NCBI GenBank assembly: GCA_965247115.1 | Contig: CBDFGR010000002.1 | Location: 448,001 to 512,000 of the forward strand | Direction: 5' to 3' | Origin: Myxococcota bacterium | GTDB taxonomy: Bacteria > Myxococcota_A > UBA9160 > SZUA-336 | DNA: 64,000 bases | Shown: positions 1 to 10,145 of the stretch, in pieces | Position numbering within the stretch: the stretch's first letter is position 1 | Layout of the letters: the number at the start of each line of letters is the position of its first letter | The notes under the pieces: generated by a model | Databases searched by the model: none | What the model was told of the DNA's origin: nothing | The model's input: only the letters and a program-made list of their open reading frames with translations | Position numbers and translations under genes: made by a program

Positions 1-203
1 CCGATGGCTTGCTCGTCGACTACCGGATGCGCGAGAGCGAGGGCAGCTGGGGGATCATCGACGTCGTCATCGAGGGCGTGAGCCTGGTGCAGAACTTTCG
101 CGCGCAGATCCAGGACATCGTGAGCTCGAAGGGCGCCGACCAGCTCATCGTCGAGCTCCGCGCAAAGAACCAGAGCAGCGCGAGCGGGGCCGGCTCCGAC
201 TGA
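1..203 (+). CDS. mlaC: MlaC/Ttg2D phospholipid-binding protein, C-terminal part (runs off window start)
   Basis: VDYRM...WGIIDVVIEGVSLVQNFRAQ matches the MlaC C-terminal signature. Confidence 0.85.
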   Translation, partial: DGLLVDYRMRESEGSWGIIDVVIEGVSLVQNFRAQIQDIVSSKGADQLIVELRAKNQSSASGAGSD

Positions 204-209
204 GGGGCT

Positions 210-276
210 TACGGCTCCTCCAGCGACCCGAGCCTACGGCTCCCGAGAAGCGACCGGAGCCTACGGCTCCTCGAGC
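210..276. repeat. Three imperfect 25-27 bp tandem copies starting TACGGCTCC, overlapping the xseB stop
   Basis: TACGGCTCC at 210, 235 and 262; first two copies followed by AGCGACC(C/G)GAGCC. Confidence 0.7.
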
Positions 277-464
277 TCCTTGAACGCATCGGTCACCTGC
301 GTCTCGACCTCCCGGAGCTTGCGATCGAGGTCCTTGATCAGCGTGGCCCCCAGCTTGACGTCTTTCGCCAGCTCGTCGATCGGCGTGCGCGAGTCGTCCA
401 GGCGCTCCAGGATCCTCTCCAGCTGCTCGACCTTTTCCTCGTAACTCTGGCTGTCTTCAGCCAT
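261..464 (-). CDS. xseB: Exodeoxyribonuclease VII small subunit
   Basis: SYEEKVEQLERILERLD...IDEL helical motif; overlaps xseA. Confidence 0.9.
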   Translation of the reverse strand: MAEDSQSYEEKVEQLERILERLDDSRTPIDELAKDVKLGATLIKDLDRKLREVETQVTDAFKELEEP

Positions 465-1842
465 TCTGTCCCTCCAGAAGTTTCTTGACGACGCTCTCGA
501 CGTGTCCGTCGGAAAGCTGCGTGAGGGTGGACTGGCCGGTTACGAGATCATCCACCGAGCGCACGAGCTCGCCCTTAGCGTTGTAGACGAGCGAAAAGCC
601 ACGAGCCAGGGCCGCCGCGGGATCCGCGGCGCGGAGAGCGCGCAGCTTCTGTGCCAGGATCTGACCCTCCCGCTCGAGCCTCTGCAGCACGAGCGGGGGT
701 CGGAATCGGTGACCGAGCACGTCGCGCAGCTGGATGCGCTGCTGCGTCAGGCGTCCCTCCGCCCTGGCCCGAAGAGCGGAGCGGACACCGGCGAGCCGCG
801 CGTACTGCTCGGAGAGTCGGTTCGCAAGGCTGGAGCTCAGCTGGTTGGCAGCCGCACGCAAGCTGGCCGTGCGGACCTCGAGCAGCTTTCGGGTCCCCTG
901 GTGCAGACCTGTGCTCGCACGTTCCAGGAAGTGTCGCTGGTGATCGTGGCGCACGCGCCAGAACGAGCGAAGCTGCCTGAGCGCACCGCGCACGAGTGCT
1001 TCCACCCCACTGAAGCGGGCGACGAGCTCCTCCGCGACTCCGGTGGGCGTCTTGAAGGCGCGAGCAGCGACGGCATCGAGCACACTCTGGTCCGCCTCGT
1101 GCCCGATGCCGGTCCAGACGGCCACGGGCATGGCGGCGATCCGGCGCGCAATGGCCTCGTTGTCCAGCCAGGCCAGGTCCGTTCGCGTGCCCCCGCCGCG
1201 CACGATCACCACCAGGTCGACGTCGAGTCGGGCACAGCGGTCCAACGCGTCGAGGATCCGCGCCTCCGCCTCGACGCCCTGGACCGCCACGTCCGCCAGG
1301 GAGATCCGGAAGCCGAAGTCGCTCCCGGCGAGCGTCTCGACGAAGTCCCCACACGCGGCGCTGGCCGCGCTCGTGATGAGCGCGATGCGGTTCGGGAGCA
1401 GAGGGGGCTCCCGTCGGGCGTTCTGCTCCAGCAGACCCTCACGCGTGAGGGCCTCGAGAATGCGGCGGCGCTTGAGCTCGAGCTCGCCCAGCGCGACGGC
1501 GGGATCCATGTCGACGCCGGAGAGCGAGAGCCCGTAGCGCGCATGGAACTGAACACGGCACTGCAGGCCGACCACGCTCCCGTCAGCCAGCTCGAGCGCG
1601 AGTCCTGCGGCCTCGAACTTCGCGCGGATGCGGGAGAGCTCCAGAGGCCAGATCGTGCAGCGCAGCTGCGCCCGCACCCGGCCCTGCCGATCGCTCTCCA
1701 CGAGATCGCAGTAGAACGCGCCTCCGCGCTCGGTTCCGGAGCTGATCTCCGCCTTCACCCAGAACGTCGCAGACAGCGCAGGCTCCAGCAGCTCTGTCAG
1801 GCGTCGCGTCACTGCGGACAGGGAGAAGAACTTCGGCGGCAT
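457..1842 (-). CDS. xseA: Exodeoxyribonuclease VII large subunit
   Basis: WVKAEIS OB-fold, RGGG, TGIGHE and KTPT motifs. Confidence 0.95.
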   Translation of the reverse strand: MPPKFFSLSAVTRRLTELLEPALSATFWVKAEISSGTERGGAFYCDLVESDRQGRVRAQLRCTIWPLELSRIRAKFEAAGLALELADGSVVGLQCRVQFHARYGLSLSGVDMDPAVALGELELKRRRILEALTREGLLEQNARREPPLLPNRIALITSAASAACGDFVETLAGSDFGFRISLADVAVQGVEAEARILDALDRCARLDVDLVVIVRGGGTRTDLAWLDNEAIARRIAAMPVAVWTGIGHEADQSVLDAVAARAFKTPTGVAEELVARFSGVEALVRGALRQLRSFWRVRHDHQRHFLERASTGLHQGTRKLLEVRTASLRAAANQLSSSLANRLSEQYARLAGVRSALRARAEGRLTQQRIQLRDVLGHRFRPPLVLQRLEREGQILAQKLRALRAADPAAALARGFSLVYNAKGELVRSVDDLVTGQSTLTQLSDGHVESVVKKLLEGQNG

Positions 1843-1934
1843 GTCGCTCCAAGGTACCGGATCTCGCGCGCGAGCAGCAGCTACAATCCGCCCGTACCCG
1901 CGCGCCTCTGCCGTGGGAGTGGGGTGGCAGGCAG

Positions 1935-4328
1935 TTGATCTCGCTCGACGAAGAAGCGCGGACCCTGCAACTCACGATCGACGACCTCGTCGCGCCGGGA
2001 TCGCCGCGCGAGAGCGTGCGGAGCGGCGGGCGAGAGCAGCTCGAGGCGGAGGCACGCGCTCGCCATCTCGCGAAGCGGACGGGCGAGCGCATTCGCGAGC
2101 GCGTGGAGCTCTCGTCGGAGTTCGACTGGCGGGGCTACCGCGTGCAGCTTCACGGGCGTGCAGACGCGCTGTGCGAACGCGACGGCGAAGTGGTGGTGGA
2201 GCTGCAGCGCTTCGTTCCGGCGGAGTCAGCAACGCGGATCCAGGATGCGGTCGCGCACGTGGGACTGCTGTGCCTTCTCGTGCACCGCAGCGGCACCCCG
2301 GTGCTCAAGGGGCTCGTAGTCGATCTCTCGCTCGTGGACGAGGCGGCGCACTCGCTCGACGTCGTCTTCTCGGTCCCGTCGTACGAGCGCGTGCTCGACC
2401 TGCGACTCGAGGTACTGCACCGGACCTGCCTCGAGGAGCAGCGTCTGGCGCGAGCCAGGGCGGACCAGGCTGAACGGCTGGCCTTTCCGTTTCCCGAGAT
2501 CCGACCGGGACAGGACTCCATGCTGCGCGAGGTGGAGGGAGCTGCCCGCTCGGGACTGATCCTGCTCTGCTCGGCGCCGACCGGAATCGGCAAGACCGCA
2601 GCGGCTCTGCACCCCATGCTGAAGCGCGCGCTCTTCGAGGACCGAACGCTCTTCTTCTTGACCGCCCGTGTCTCCCAGCAGGAGCTGGCGCTCGAGACGC
2701 TGCGTCGCCAGCTGCCTCCGCGGGGGGCCGGGCTTGCCGTTCAGATCAGCGCGAAGGACCGCGTCTGCCCCATGGAGAGGCTGGGCTGTGCCGAGCGCGG
2801 CTGCCCGCTCATGCGCGGCTTTCGCGAGCGACTCGCGGCCTCTCGACTGCTCGAGAGCCTGGCAGAGCTCGGCGTCGTGGACAGTGCGGAGCTCACCGCG
2901 CGCGCGCTGGCCGCGGAGCTTTGCCCCTTTGAAGTATCCCTCGAGCTCTCCCTCGCGGCGACGGTCGTCGTTGCGGATTTCAACTACGTCTTCGACCCCA
3001 ACGTCTATCTCCGGCGCTTCTTCGACGCGGACCACCGGCAGCACCTGCTGATCGTGGACGAGGCGCACCAGCTTCCCGAGCGAGCCCGCGAATGCTTCTC
3101 TGCCGAGCTGGTACCCGACACCCTCTCGGCGCTGGCAGACGACTGCGACCTGATGTCGCCTCCCGCGTACGGCGAGGTGGCCACGTTGCTGCGGGACGTC
3201 CGCGACCACTGCGAGCAGCTGGCCCGCCGCCTCTCCGAGGAACGCGGGGTGCCCGCACCCTGGGTGGAGGAGCCGGACCGACGCTTCTGGGAGGAGATCG
3301 GGGTCCGCGTCGAAGGAGCCCTGCTCCGCTACGCCATCTGCAGGGCCCTCGAGCCCGAGCGTCCCGCCGTGTTCGCCCCGCGCCGCGATCCGGGGAGCCG
3401 TCTCTTGCAAGATCCCCTGCTCGCAACGCTGTACGCGATCGCCGACTACAGCCGCGCCAGCCAGCACGACCCGGAGTCCTTTGCCGCACTCTGGAGTGAG
3501 GGACACGCCAAGCTGCTCTGCCTCGATCCGGCCTCGCTCTTCGGCGCTCGCATTCGCGGCTTTCACGCCGTGGTGTGTATGAGCGCGACGCTTACACCCT
3601 TCGACTTCTTCGCCGGTCTGCTCGGCGTCGAGGGCCCGCGCGCGCTCGAGCTCGACATCGACTCACCCTTTCCGCCGGAGAACCGGCTCGTGCTCACGGT
3701 CCCCGAGGTGGACACGAGCTATCGTCGACGCTCCCTCGATGCGCAGCGCATCGGCGCGATCATCACCGGCTGTCTGCGCGCACGGCGCGGCAACTACCTC
3801 GCCTTCTTCGGGAGCTTCGCGTTCCGCGACGAGGTCCTGGCGACGATGGAGCCGGGGCCGTATCGGGTCCTGTTACAGACGCCGGCCATGTCGACGGACG
3901 GCTTTCTCGAGCAGCTGCGGCGCAACCGCTCGGAGACACTCCTGCTTTGCGGGGTCCTCGGCGGCGTCTTCGCCGAGGGCGTCGACTATCCCGGCGACAC
4001 GGCCATCGGCGTATTCATCGTTGGTCCCGGACTGCCGGCGGTGCGCGCCGAGCGGGAGCTGATCCGCGCCTACTACGAACAGCAACGCGGCTTCGGCTTC
4101 GAGTACGCGTACGTCTACCCTGGGCTGAACCGAGTCATCCAGGCCGGCGGCCGCGCGCATCGCACTCCCACGGATCGCGCCGCCATCGTGCTGCTCGGGC
4201 GTCGCTTCTCCGAGCCGCTCTACCGCGATCCCCTGCCCTCGTGGTGGCGGCAGGAGCTGGAGCCGGCCCAGGATCCAGCCGCCCGACTCCAGGAGTTCTG
4301 GAAGAGCCAGGATCCGCTGATACCTTAG
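1935..4328 (+). CDS. DinG/XPD(Rad3)-family ATP-dependent DNA helicase with FeS cluster and N-terminal nuclease-like domain
   Basis: APTGIGKT Walker A, DEAH, SATL, QAGGR motifs; four-Cys cluster region; TTG start. Confidence 0.9.
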   Translation: MISLDEEARTLQLTIDDLVAPGSPRESVRSGGREQLEAEARARHLAKRTGERIRERVELSSEFDWRGYRVQLHGRADALCERDGEVVVELQRFVPAESATRIQDAVAHVGLLCLLVHRSGTPVLKGLVVDLSLVDEAAHSLDVVFSVPSYERVLDLRLEVLHRTCLEEQRLARARADQAERLAFPFPEIRPGQDSMLREVEGAARSGLILLCSAPTGIGKTAAALHPMLKRALFEDRTLFFLTARVSQQELALETLRRQLPPRGAGLAVQISAKDRVCPMERLGCAERGCPLMRGFRERLAASRLLESLAELGVVDSAELTARALAAELCPFEVSLELSLAATVVVADFNYVFDPNVYLRRFFDADHRQHLLIVDEAHQLPERARECFSAELVPDTLSALADDCDLMSPPAYGEVATLLRDVRDHCEQLARRLSEERGVPAPWVEEPDRRFWEEIGVRVEGALLRYAICRALEPERPAVFAPRRDPGSRLLQDPLLATLYAIADYSRASQHDPESFAALWSEGHAKLLCLDPASLFGARIRGFHAVVCMSATLTPFDFFAGLLGVEGPRALELDIDSPFPPENRLVLTVPEVDTSYRRRSLDAQRIGAIITGCLRARRGNYLAFFGSFAFRDEVLATMEPGPYRVLLQTPAMSTDGFLEQLRRNRSETLLLCGVLGGVFAEGVDYPGDTAIGVFIVGPGLPAVRAERELIRAYYEQQRGFGFEYAYVYPGLNRVIQAGGRAHRTPTDRAAIVLLGRRFSEPLYRDPLPSWWRQELEPAQDPAARLQEFWKSQDPLIP

Positions 4329-4335
4329 CCCGCCG

Positions 4336-5088
4336 ATGCTGATTCCGATTCCGGAGCTGATGGGCGCGCGCCGAATCCTGTGCGTGCAGCCTCATTACGA
4401 CGACAACGACATCGCCGCCGGCGGCACGATCGCCGCGCTGAGCTCGGCGGGAGCCGAGGTCTTCTACCTGACGGTGACCGACGACCTGGTTGGTGTGATC
4501 GATCCGCAGCTCTCCGACGAGACCGCAACCGCCGAGCTGCGCGCCGATCAGGCTCGCGCCGCGCGGGAGATCGGAGTCAGCGCCCACTACTGGCTCGGGC
4601 ATCCAGACGCGGGAAATTACGACTACTTCGAGCTGCGCAACGGCATCATCCGGCACATCCGCATGCTGCGCCCGGACTGGGTGATGACGACGGATCCCTG
4701 GCTCCCGAACGAGGCGCACCGCGACCATCTGGTGACCGGGCGAGCCGTCGCAGAGGCATGCCTGCTGTACCGACTCGTGCGCCTCGGCTGCGGAGACGCG
4801 GAACTCGACAGCACGTACTCGCCACACGTACTCGAGGGGGTGGCGTTCTACTTCACCGCTCAACCCAATACGGTGTTGGACATCGAAAAGACCAGAGAGC
4901 GCAAGCACAGAGCCATCGATGCCTACCGCACGCAGCTGGGCCCCGCTGCCCTGGAGCTGCTGCACCGCACGCTCGAGCTCAAGGAGCGCCGCTGGGCGGA
5001 ACGAGAGGGCTTCTGTCACGGCGAGACGCTCAAGGTGCTCCATCCCGCTCACCTCCACTGCAACCCAGACGCAGAGGACATGGACTGA
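4336..5088 (+). CDS. PIG-L/LmbE family deacetylase
   Basis: PHYDD and HRDH metal motifs. Confidence 0.9.
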   Translation: MLIPIPELMGARRILCVQPHYDDNDIAAGGTIAALSSAGAEVFYLTVTDDLVGVIDPQLSDETATAELRADQARAAREIGVSAHYWLGHPDAGNYDYFELRNGIIRHIRMLRPDWVMTTDPWLPNEAHRDHLVTGRAVAEACLLYRLVRLGCGDAELDSTYSPHVLEGVAFYFTAQPNTVLDIEKTRERKHRAIDAYRTQLGPAALELLHRTLELKERRWAEREGFCHGETLKVLHPAHLHCNPDAEDMD

Positions 5089-5089
5089 G

Positions 5090-6265
5090 GTGGCGTACCG
5101 AAGCCCGCCGAACCGCGACGTCAGCGCCGCACAGCCAGGAGAGTTCCGAGCTCTCCAGCTCGGCCCCTTTCGCGTCTGGCCGCCGGTGGTGTTGGCACCG
5201 ATGGCCGGCGTGACGAACGCCCCGTTCCGCCGGCTCTGCGGCAGCTACGGCGCCGGACTGTACGTGAGCGAGATGATCACCGCACGAGCCCTCGTCGAGG
5301 GCCACGCGAAGACGCTCAAGCTCTCCGGCTTCAGCGCAGAAGAGAGCCCGCGCAGCCTTCAGCTCTACGGGGTGGACCCGCGCTATGTGGGCGAAGCGGT
5401 CGCCTGGCTGGTCGGTGAGGACCTCGTAGATCACATCGACCTCAACTTTGGTTGCCCCGTCCGCAAGGTGACGAGGCGTGGCGGCGGGGCCGCGCTCCCG
5501 CTCAAGACCCTGCTCTTGCGCGCCATCGTGCGCGAGGCGGTGCGCCGTGCCGGCCACGTGCCTGTGTCGATCAAGTTTCGCGTCGGCATCGATGAGCACT
5601 ATCAAACCTTCCTCGACACCGGCAGGATCGCGGAGGAGGAAGGCTGCGCCGCGATCGCGCTCCACGCCCGGACCGCCGCCGCGCTCTACGCGGGAGAGGC
5701 ACGCTGGGAGAGGATCGCAGAACTCAAGAGCGCCGTCCGCTCGATCCCCGTGCTGGGCAACGGAGACATCTGGGAGGCGCACGACGCCTTGCGGATGATG
5801 CGCACGACGGGTTGCGACGGAGTCGTCGTGGGTCGGGGTTGCCTTGGCAGACCCTGGCTCTTTCGAGAGCTCGCCGACGTCTTCGACGGCCGCGAGCCGA
5901 CCGCTCCGCCCGACCTCGGCAAGGTGGCAGCGATCATGCTGGAGCACGCTCGTCTGCTGGTCGACTGGTTCGACGAGAGCTACGCGATGCGCGGGTTTCG
6001 GAAACACGCGACCTGGTACACGAAGGGGTTCCGGGACAGCAAAGAGCTGCGGCGCCTGCTGACCGGCGTTTCGACCCTGGCAGAGCTCGAAGCGACCCTG
6101 GCGAACGTGCCGGCCAACGAGCCCTTCCCTACCAGCGCCCTGCGAGTCAGCCGTGGAAAGAAGAGCGGCACGCAACGGGTCGTGCTGCCCGAGGGATATC
6201 TCGACAACCTGGAGGACGCCTCCCCACCGGCCCTGGAGGCAGTGGAGGCCGTTTCGGGCGGTTGA
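5090..6265 (+). CDS. dusB: tRNA-dihydrouridine synthase DusB
   Basis: LAPMAGVT, NFGCP, HART, GNGDI motifs; GTG start just after the upstream stop. Confidence 0.9.
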   Translation: MAYRSPPNRDVSAAQPGEFRALQLGPFRVWPPVVLAPMAGVTNAPFRRLCGSYGAGLYVSEMITARALVEGHAKTLKLSGFSAEESPRSLQLYGVDPRYVGEAVAWLVGEDLVDHIDLNFGCPVRKVTRRGGGAALPLKTLLLRAIVREAVRRAGHVPVSIKFRVGIDEHYQTFLDTGRIAEEEGCAAIALHARTAAALYAGEARWERIAELKSAVRSIPVLGNGDIWEAHDALRMMRTTGCDGVVVGRGCLGRPWLFRELADVFDGREPTAPPDLGKVAAIMLEHARLLVDWFDESYAMRGFRKHATWYTKGFRDSKELRRLLTGVSTLAELEATLANVPANEPFPTSALRVSRGKKSGTQRVVLPEGYLDNLEDASPPALEAVEAVSGG

Positions 6266-6282
6266 GCCCCGGCAACGCCATC

Positions 6283-6310
6283 TAAAGTCCAGCGGCGCGT
6301 CGGCCGATTC
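6283..6310 (+). promoter_or_regulatory. sigma28-like promoter of the kinase gene
   Basis: TAAAG-N15-GCCGATTC, upstream of ATG 6324. Confidence 0.6.
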
Positions 6311-7705
6311 CGGGGAGACGGATATGGGGGTGGCAGCTCCCCCTGTCGGCGGTCGGCAACTCCCCCGGAAACCCCCCAGGTTCCCTCAGGCGTTCGCGGC
6401 AGTCGAAGCAAGGGCCAGGCCCGAGCGGGGTGTACCTGCCAACCCAGTAAGGGCGGGGATGAACGTAGGGACTGGACTCTCGCCGGGAACGGTACTCGCG
6501 GGACGGTACGAGATTCAGAGTGAGATCGGCCGCGGCGAGCGTTCCATCGTCTTCGAGGCGCTCGACACGCAACGCGAGCGCCGCGTAGCCGTCAAGCTGC
6601 TATCTCCCCTGGCCGCTATCGCCCACCTCATGCGGGAGCAGCTGCGGCGTTACTCCGACGAGCTCGCCAGCGTGCAACACGCCGGCATCCTGAAACCGAT
6701 CGAGCTGCTCGAGGCGGGCCTCGAGACGCTGATCGTGATGGAGCAAGCGGAGGGGAGCGACCTCGGGAGCCAGGTCGCTGCACAGGGTCCGCTCAGCCCG
6801 CACGAGGTCGCAGAGATCGGTCGTTGCGTGGCGGAGGCGCTCGCGGCCGCACACGCCCGGGGTCTGCTGCACCGGGGCGTGAAGCCGTCGAACGGGTTGC
6901 TGCCGGAGGCGGGTGTGCCGCTGTTGACCGACTTTGGCTGCTCGAACCTCGACGGCCACGAGGCGCCCCTGGAGGACCAGAGACCGGCCAGCAGCATCGG
7001 GTTCCTGTCTCCCGAGCTGCTGCAGGGGAGCTACACCGACGCGCGCTCGGACATCTACGCGCTCGGGATGACTCTGTACCACGCGCTCGTTGGCGAGCTC
7101 CCCGCGGAGCTGCAGGAACCCGAGAGGCCGGTGCATTTGTCCGAAGGGTTCCATCCAGCCCTCGTTCGCCCCGACGTTCCCCCCTGGCTTGACCATCATC
7201 GCGCGCGCCACCTGCGCCGAGCCCTCGTGCCGCATCGAGACGGCAGAGACGTTGGCCCGCGCACTCGACGAGCAGGGGCTTCCGGGGGGAGTCGGCACCT
7301 CGCGCGAGGCCTACCTGGCGGATTGCTGCATCCTGTGTCGCGAGCCGGGCACACTCGGACGCGCGGTCTGCCCACATTGCGAGGACGCAAAGACCGTCCA
7401 CGCGAATACGCTGCTGAAGCTCGTCGCGCCAAACGGGCAGATGGCGGACGACGAGGAGCGTGTCCGAAAGCTGCGCGGGCTCACCGGCTCGCCCGGAGAC
7501 GAACGCGCCGTGCGCAGGGTCGCCCGGGGTAAGCAGCCCCTCGTCAAGCTGTCGCGTTCGCAAGCCCAGCGTGTCTCGCAGCGGCTCTCTGCGTACGGCT
7601 TCGAGAGTCGGCTCGTCCCGGTAGATTCCACCTGGGCCGAGCTGCCGGACTGGCTCGTCACGTTGGCCCTGATTCCGATCGGCCTCGGCTTCGCCCTGGC
7701 GCTTA

Positions 7706-8982
7706 GCAGGCTGCGGAGAAAGTGACTGGTTGAGGGGTGGTCCTTCCGACGAGGGGGTTCACCGGCCGAGGGGCGGGGCGCGATTCCCGGTTCGAACCGG
7801 TCTTGGGCTCCGCTGATCGCGGGGCGGTTTCGCACATGACCTACGTGGCCTCCAGCAGCTTGCGGATCCGGATCAGGTTGTAGGCTGCGGCCGTGAAGGT
7901 GAAGACCCAGCCGACCCGATCCGTGCCGCGGTGTCGGGTCTTGCGCATCAGCCCCACGGTCTTCATCCAGCCGAAGACCTCTTCCACCCGTTTGCGAAAA
8001 CGCTGACTCAGTTCGTAGCCCCGGTGGCGCGTCGTCCGCCCGTCGATCGCGCTGCGTCGATTCGTCGTGTTCTGCGCCACGTGTGGGGTCACGCCCAACT
8101 CTCGAAGCTCTTCCACGAACCCCTTCGTGTCGAAGCCCTTGTCTCCGCCCAATGTCCTCCGACGCCCGCCTCCCAGACCTTCCACCATCTCGAGCGCCGC
8201 TTCGCGCTCCGCATATCCCGACGCCTGCGTGAGCTTCGCCGCGACCACCAAGCCGTTCCGGTTCTCCGTCACCACGTGTCCCTGGTACGCGAGTCGGGCG
8301 CCTTGGCCTCTCATACCGGCGAGTCGTGCGTCGGGATCCGTCGTCGACGCATGCGTCTGGTTGCTCCGCTTCTCGCCTCGGAAGTTCACCGTCGGGTTGC
8401 CCGGGTCATCGTCGTCTCTCCGTTCCTCGTCCTTCCGTACGAAGCTCTTCTGGCTCGCCCACGCCTCGATCAGCGTCCCGTCTACCGTGAAGTGCTCCAA
8501 CGACACCCATCCCTCGGTCTCGGCCTGCTCCAGCACTGCGTCGAAGAAGTGCTCGGCAATCTCGCCCTTGAGCAGCCGGTCTCGGTTCTTCGTGAACACC
8601 GTGGCGCTGAACACCACCTCGTCAAGCTCCAGACCCACGAACCAGCGATACAGCAGGTTGTACTCCAGCTGCTCCACCAGCTGCCGCTCGCTCCGGATGG
8701 TGTAGAGCACCTGCAGCAGCAGGGCGCGCAGCAGCTGCTCCGGGGGCACGGACGGGCGCCCTACGCCTCTGGCGTAGATCGCGTCGAAGCGCGGCGATAG
8801 CCGCTGCAGCGCCGTGTCGACCATGCGCCGCATCGCTCGAAGCGGATGATCATCCGGAATCCGCGACTCCAGCGACACGTAGCTGAACATCCCGCCCTGA
8901 AGCGTCCCCTGTCCTCTCACGCCTCCCCCTTTGGGGCTCGCTCCCAAGGTACCCTTCGATGAGGAGTTTTTCAGCAGCCTGC
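7706..8982 (-). mobile_element. IS5-family insertion sequence, copy 1 (1277 bp)
   Basis: Imperfect TIRs GCAGGCTGCTGAAAAACT / GCAGGCTGCGGAGAAAGT; TA on both flanks; matches 56350-57626. Confidence 0.95.
7841..8920 (-). CDS. IS5-family DDE transposase
   Basis: DHPLR, GRPSVPPE, VDGT, DKGFD, RKRVEEVFG motifs; GTG start with GGAGG RBS. Confidence 0.95.
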   Translation of the reverse strand: MRGQGTLQGGMFSYVSLESRIPDDHPLRAMRRMVDTALQRLSPRFDAIYARGVGRPSVPPEQLLRALLLQVLYTIRSERQLVEQLEYNLLYRWFVGLELDEVVFSATVFTKNRDRLLKGEIAEHFFDAVLEQAETEGWVSLEHFTVDGTLIEAWASQKSFVRKDEERRDDDDPGNPTVNFRGEKRSNQTHASTTDPDARLAGMRGQGARLAYQGHVVTENRNGLVVAAKLTQASGYAEREAALEMVEGLGGGRRRTLGGDKGFDTKGFVEELRELGVTPHVAQNTTNRRSAIDGRTTRHRGYELSQRFRKRVEEVFGWMKTVGLMRKTRHRGTDRVGWVFTFTAAAYNLIRIRKLLEAT

Positions 8983-9606
8983 TAGAGGCGATGCAGTGCT
9001 CTTTGGCGCCGGCCTGGCAGGAGGCCTCGTCCTGCTGCCTCTGGGGCACAGCCTGATGCAGCATCCGCCGCTGATTCCGGACCCCACCGGCCCGCGACCC
9101 GCGCCCTCGCTCGCGCAGAAGGTGGCGGAGGTGATGCCTGAGATTCAGGGAGGCGAGGCGCGCAAGCTGCTCGCCGAGATCCTCCGCCTCAGCAGGGACG
9201 TCTCACTCCGGCTGGCGAACTGTGCGGACAGCGCGGAGACCAGGGAGGCCCTCGTCGCCCTGGGCCTCTCCGCCTGTGACGCGGCCCGCGAGCTGGCGAC
9301 GCTGGACCCGATCCTCGATGCCCTGATGCTGCACGGGGAGCACCGCTTCGAGCCGCCCCCGGGACTGCTCGAGAGTCGCGCGCGGCTCGGAACCGCCAGA
9401 AGCTGCCTGGCTCAGTACCTGCTCGAGACGACCGCGACATTGAGTGTCGTGCGCGGCGTGGAGATTCTCGACGCCGCCGAGATCCGTGGGGAGATCGCCG
9501 CCATCCATGCGCGGCTCGACGAGGAGCTCGATAGCCAGCGGGTCGCTGTGAAGCAGGCCTTCAGCCTCTTCCCGCTGCGCTCGACTCCCGTCGACGAGAG
9601 TTGAAC

Positions 9607-9641
9607 AGCGCGCCGACTCCGCTACGCAGAGCCGGCGCGCT
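9607..9641. terminator. Imperfect hairpin between convergent genes
   Basis: AGCGCGCCG...CGGCGCGCT inverted repeat; no U-tract. Confidence 0.4.
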
Positions 9642-9659
9642 CACTTCCCGGTTCGTCCC

Positions 9660-9854
9660 TCAGGCGCTCGCCGGCTTTTGTGCGTTGCCGCTCGAGCTCG
9701 CCTCGCGACCGGGCAGATCCCTTGCGGGGATACGCCACTGCTTCCCGATCCGAACTGCTTCCAGCTGGCCGGACTCGATCAGGCGATACACCGTGCGAGC
9801 CGAGATGCGCAAGAAGCCCGCTGCTTCCCGAACCGTGATCAGATTCTCATCCAT
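9660..9854 (-). CDS. Excisionase/MerR-like (HTH_17, BldC-type) DNA-binding protein
   Basis: LITVREAAGFLRISARTVYRLI...RIGKQWRI. Confidence 0.9.
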   Translation of the reverse strand: MDENLITVREAAGFLRISARTVYRLIESGQLEAVRIGKQWRIPARDLPGREASSSGNAQKPASA

Positions 9855-10145
9855 TGTGAACCCCCCTCACTTTGTGTCTCTTCCGGGGCCCCAGAACGTC
9901 ATCCCCGGTGATTGCAACGCGCTCTGGATCAGACCTTGCCAGCCGCGCCCGCTAGGTACCGTTTCGTCATGTTCGCCGGCTCCTTGATGAATAGAACGGC
10001 TCATTCCTTTCTGATTGATTGATTCCATCGCCCCGCGGGGCGACGAAACCCGAAACCTCTCTGAAACGCGGAGGTTGCACGAAACCTCCGGCCGGGGCGC
10101 GCGTCTCACTGGCAGCCAGAAACCCGACGAGAGGCAGTCCAGACG

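Larger units (their letters stand above)
6324..9604 (+). pseudogene. Membrane Ser/Thr kinase-like protein, frameshifted (~7192) and interrupted by IS5
   Basis: VAVK, HRGVKPSN, DFG, SDIYALG motifs; kinase tail continues in another frame; removing the IS rejoins ...ALALRGDAVLFG... in frame with ORF 8996-9604; alternative start 6459. Confidence 0.8.

Noticed and set aside
210..276. Possible mini CRISPR array
   Set aside because: Repeats are ~9 bp with similar, short spacers; no cas genes in the window.
7841..9064. 407-aa extended transposase ORF
   Set aside because: The extension crosses the IS end into antisense host sequence; the real start is GTG 8920 with an RBS.
9660..9854. Prophage or ICE suggested by an excisionase-like gene
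   Set aside because: No integrase, att-bearing tRNA or phage genes nearby.
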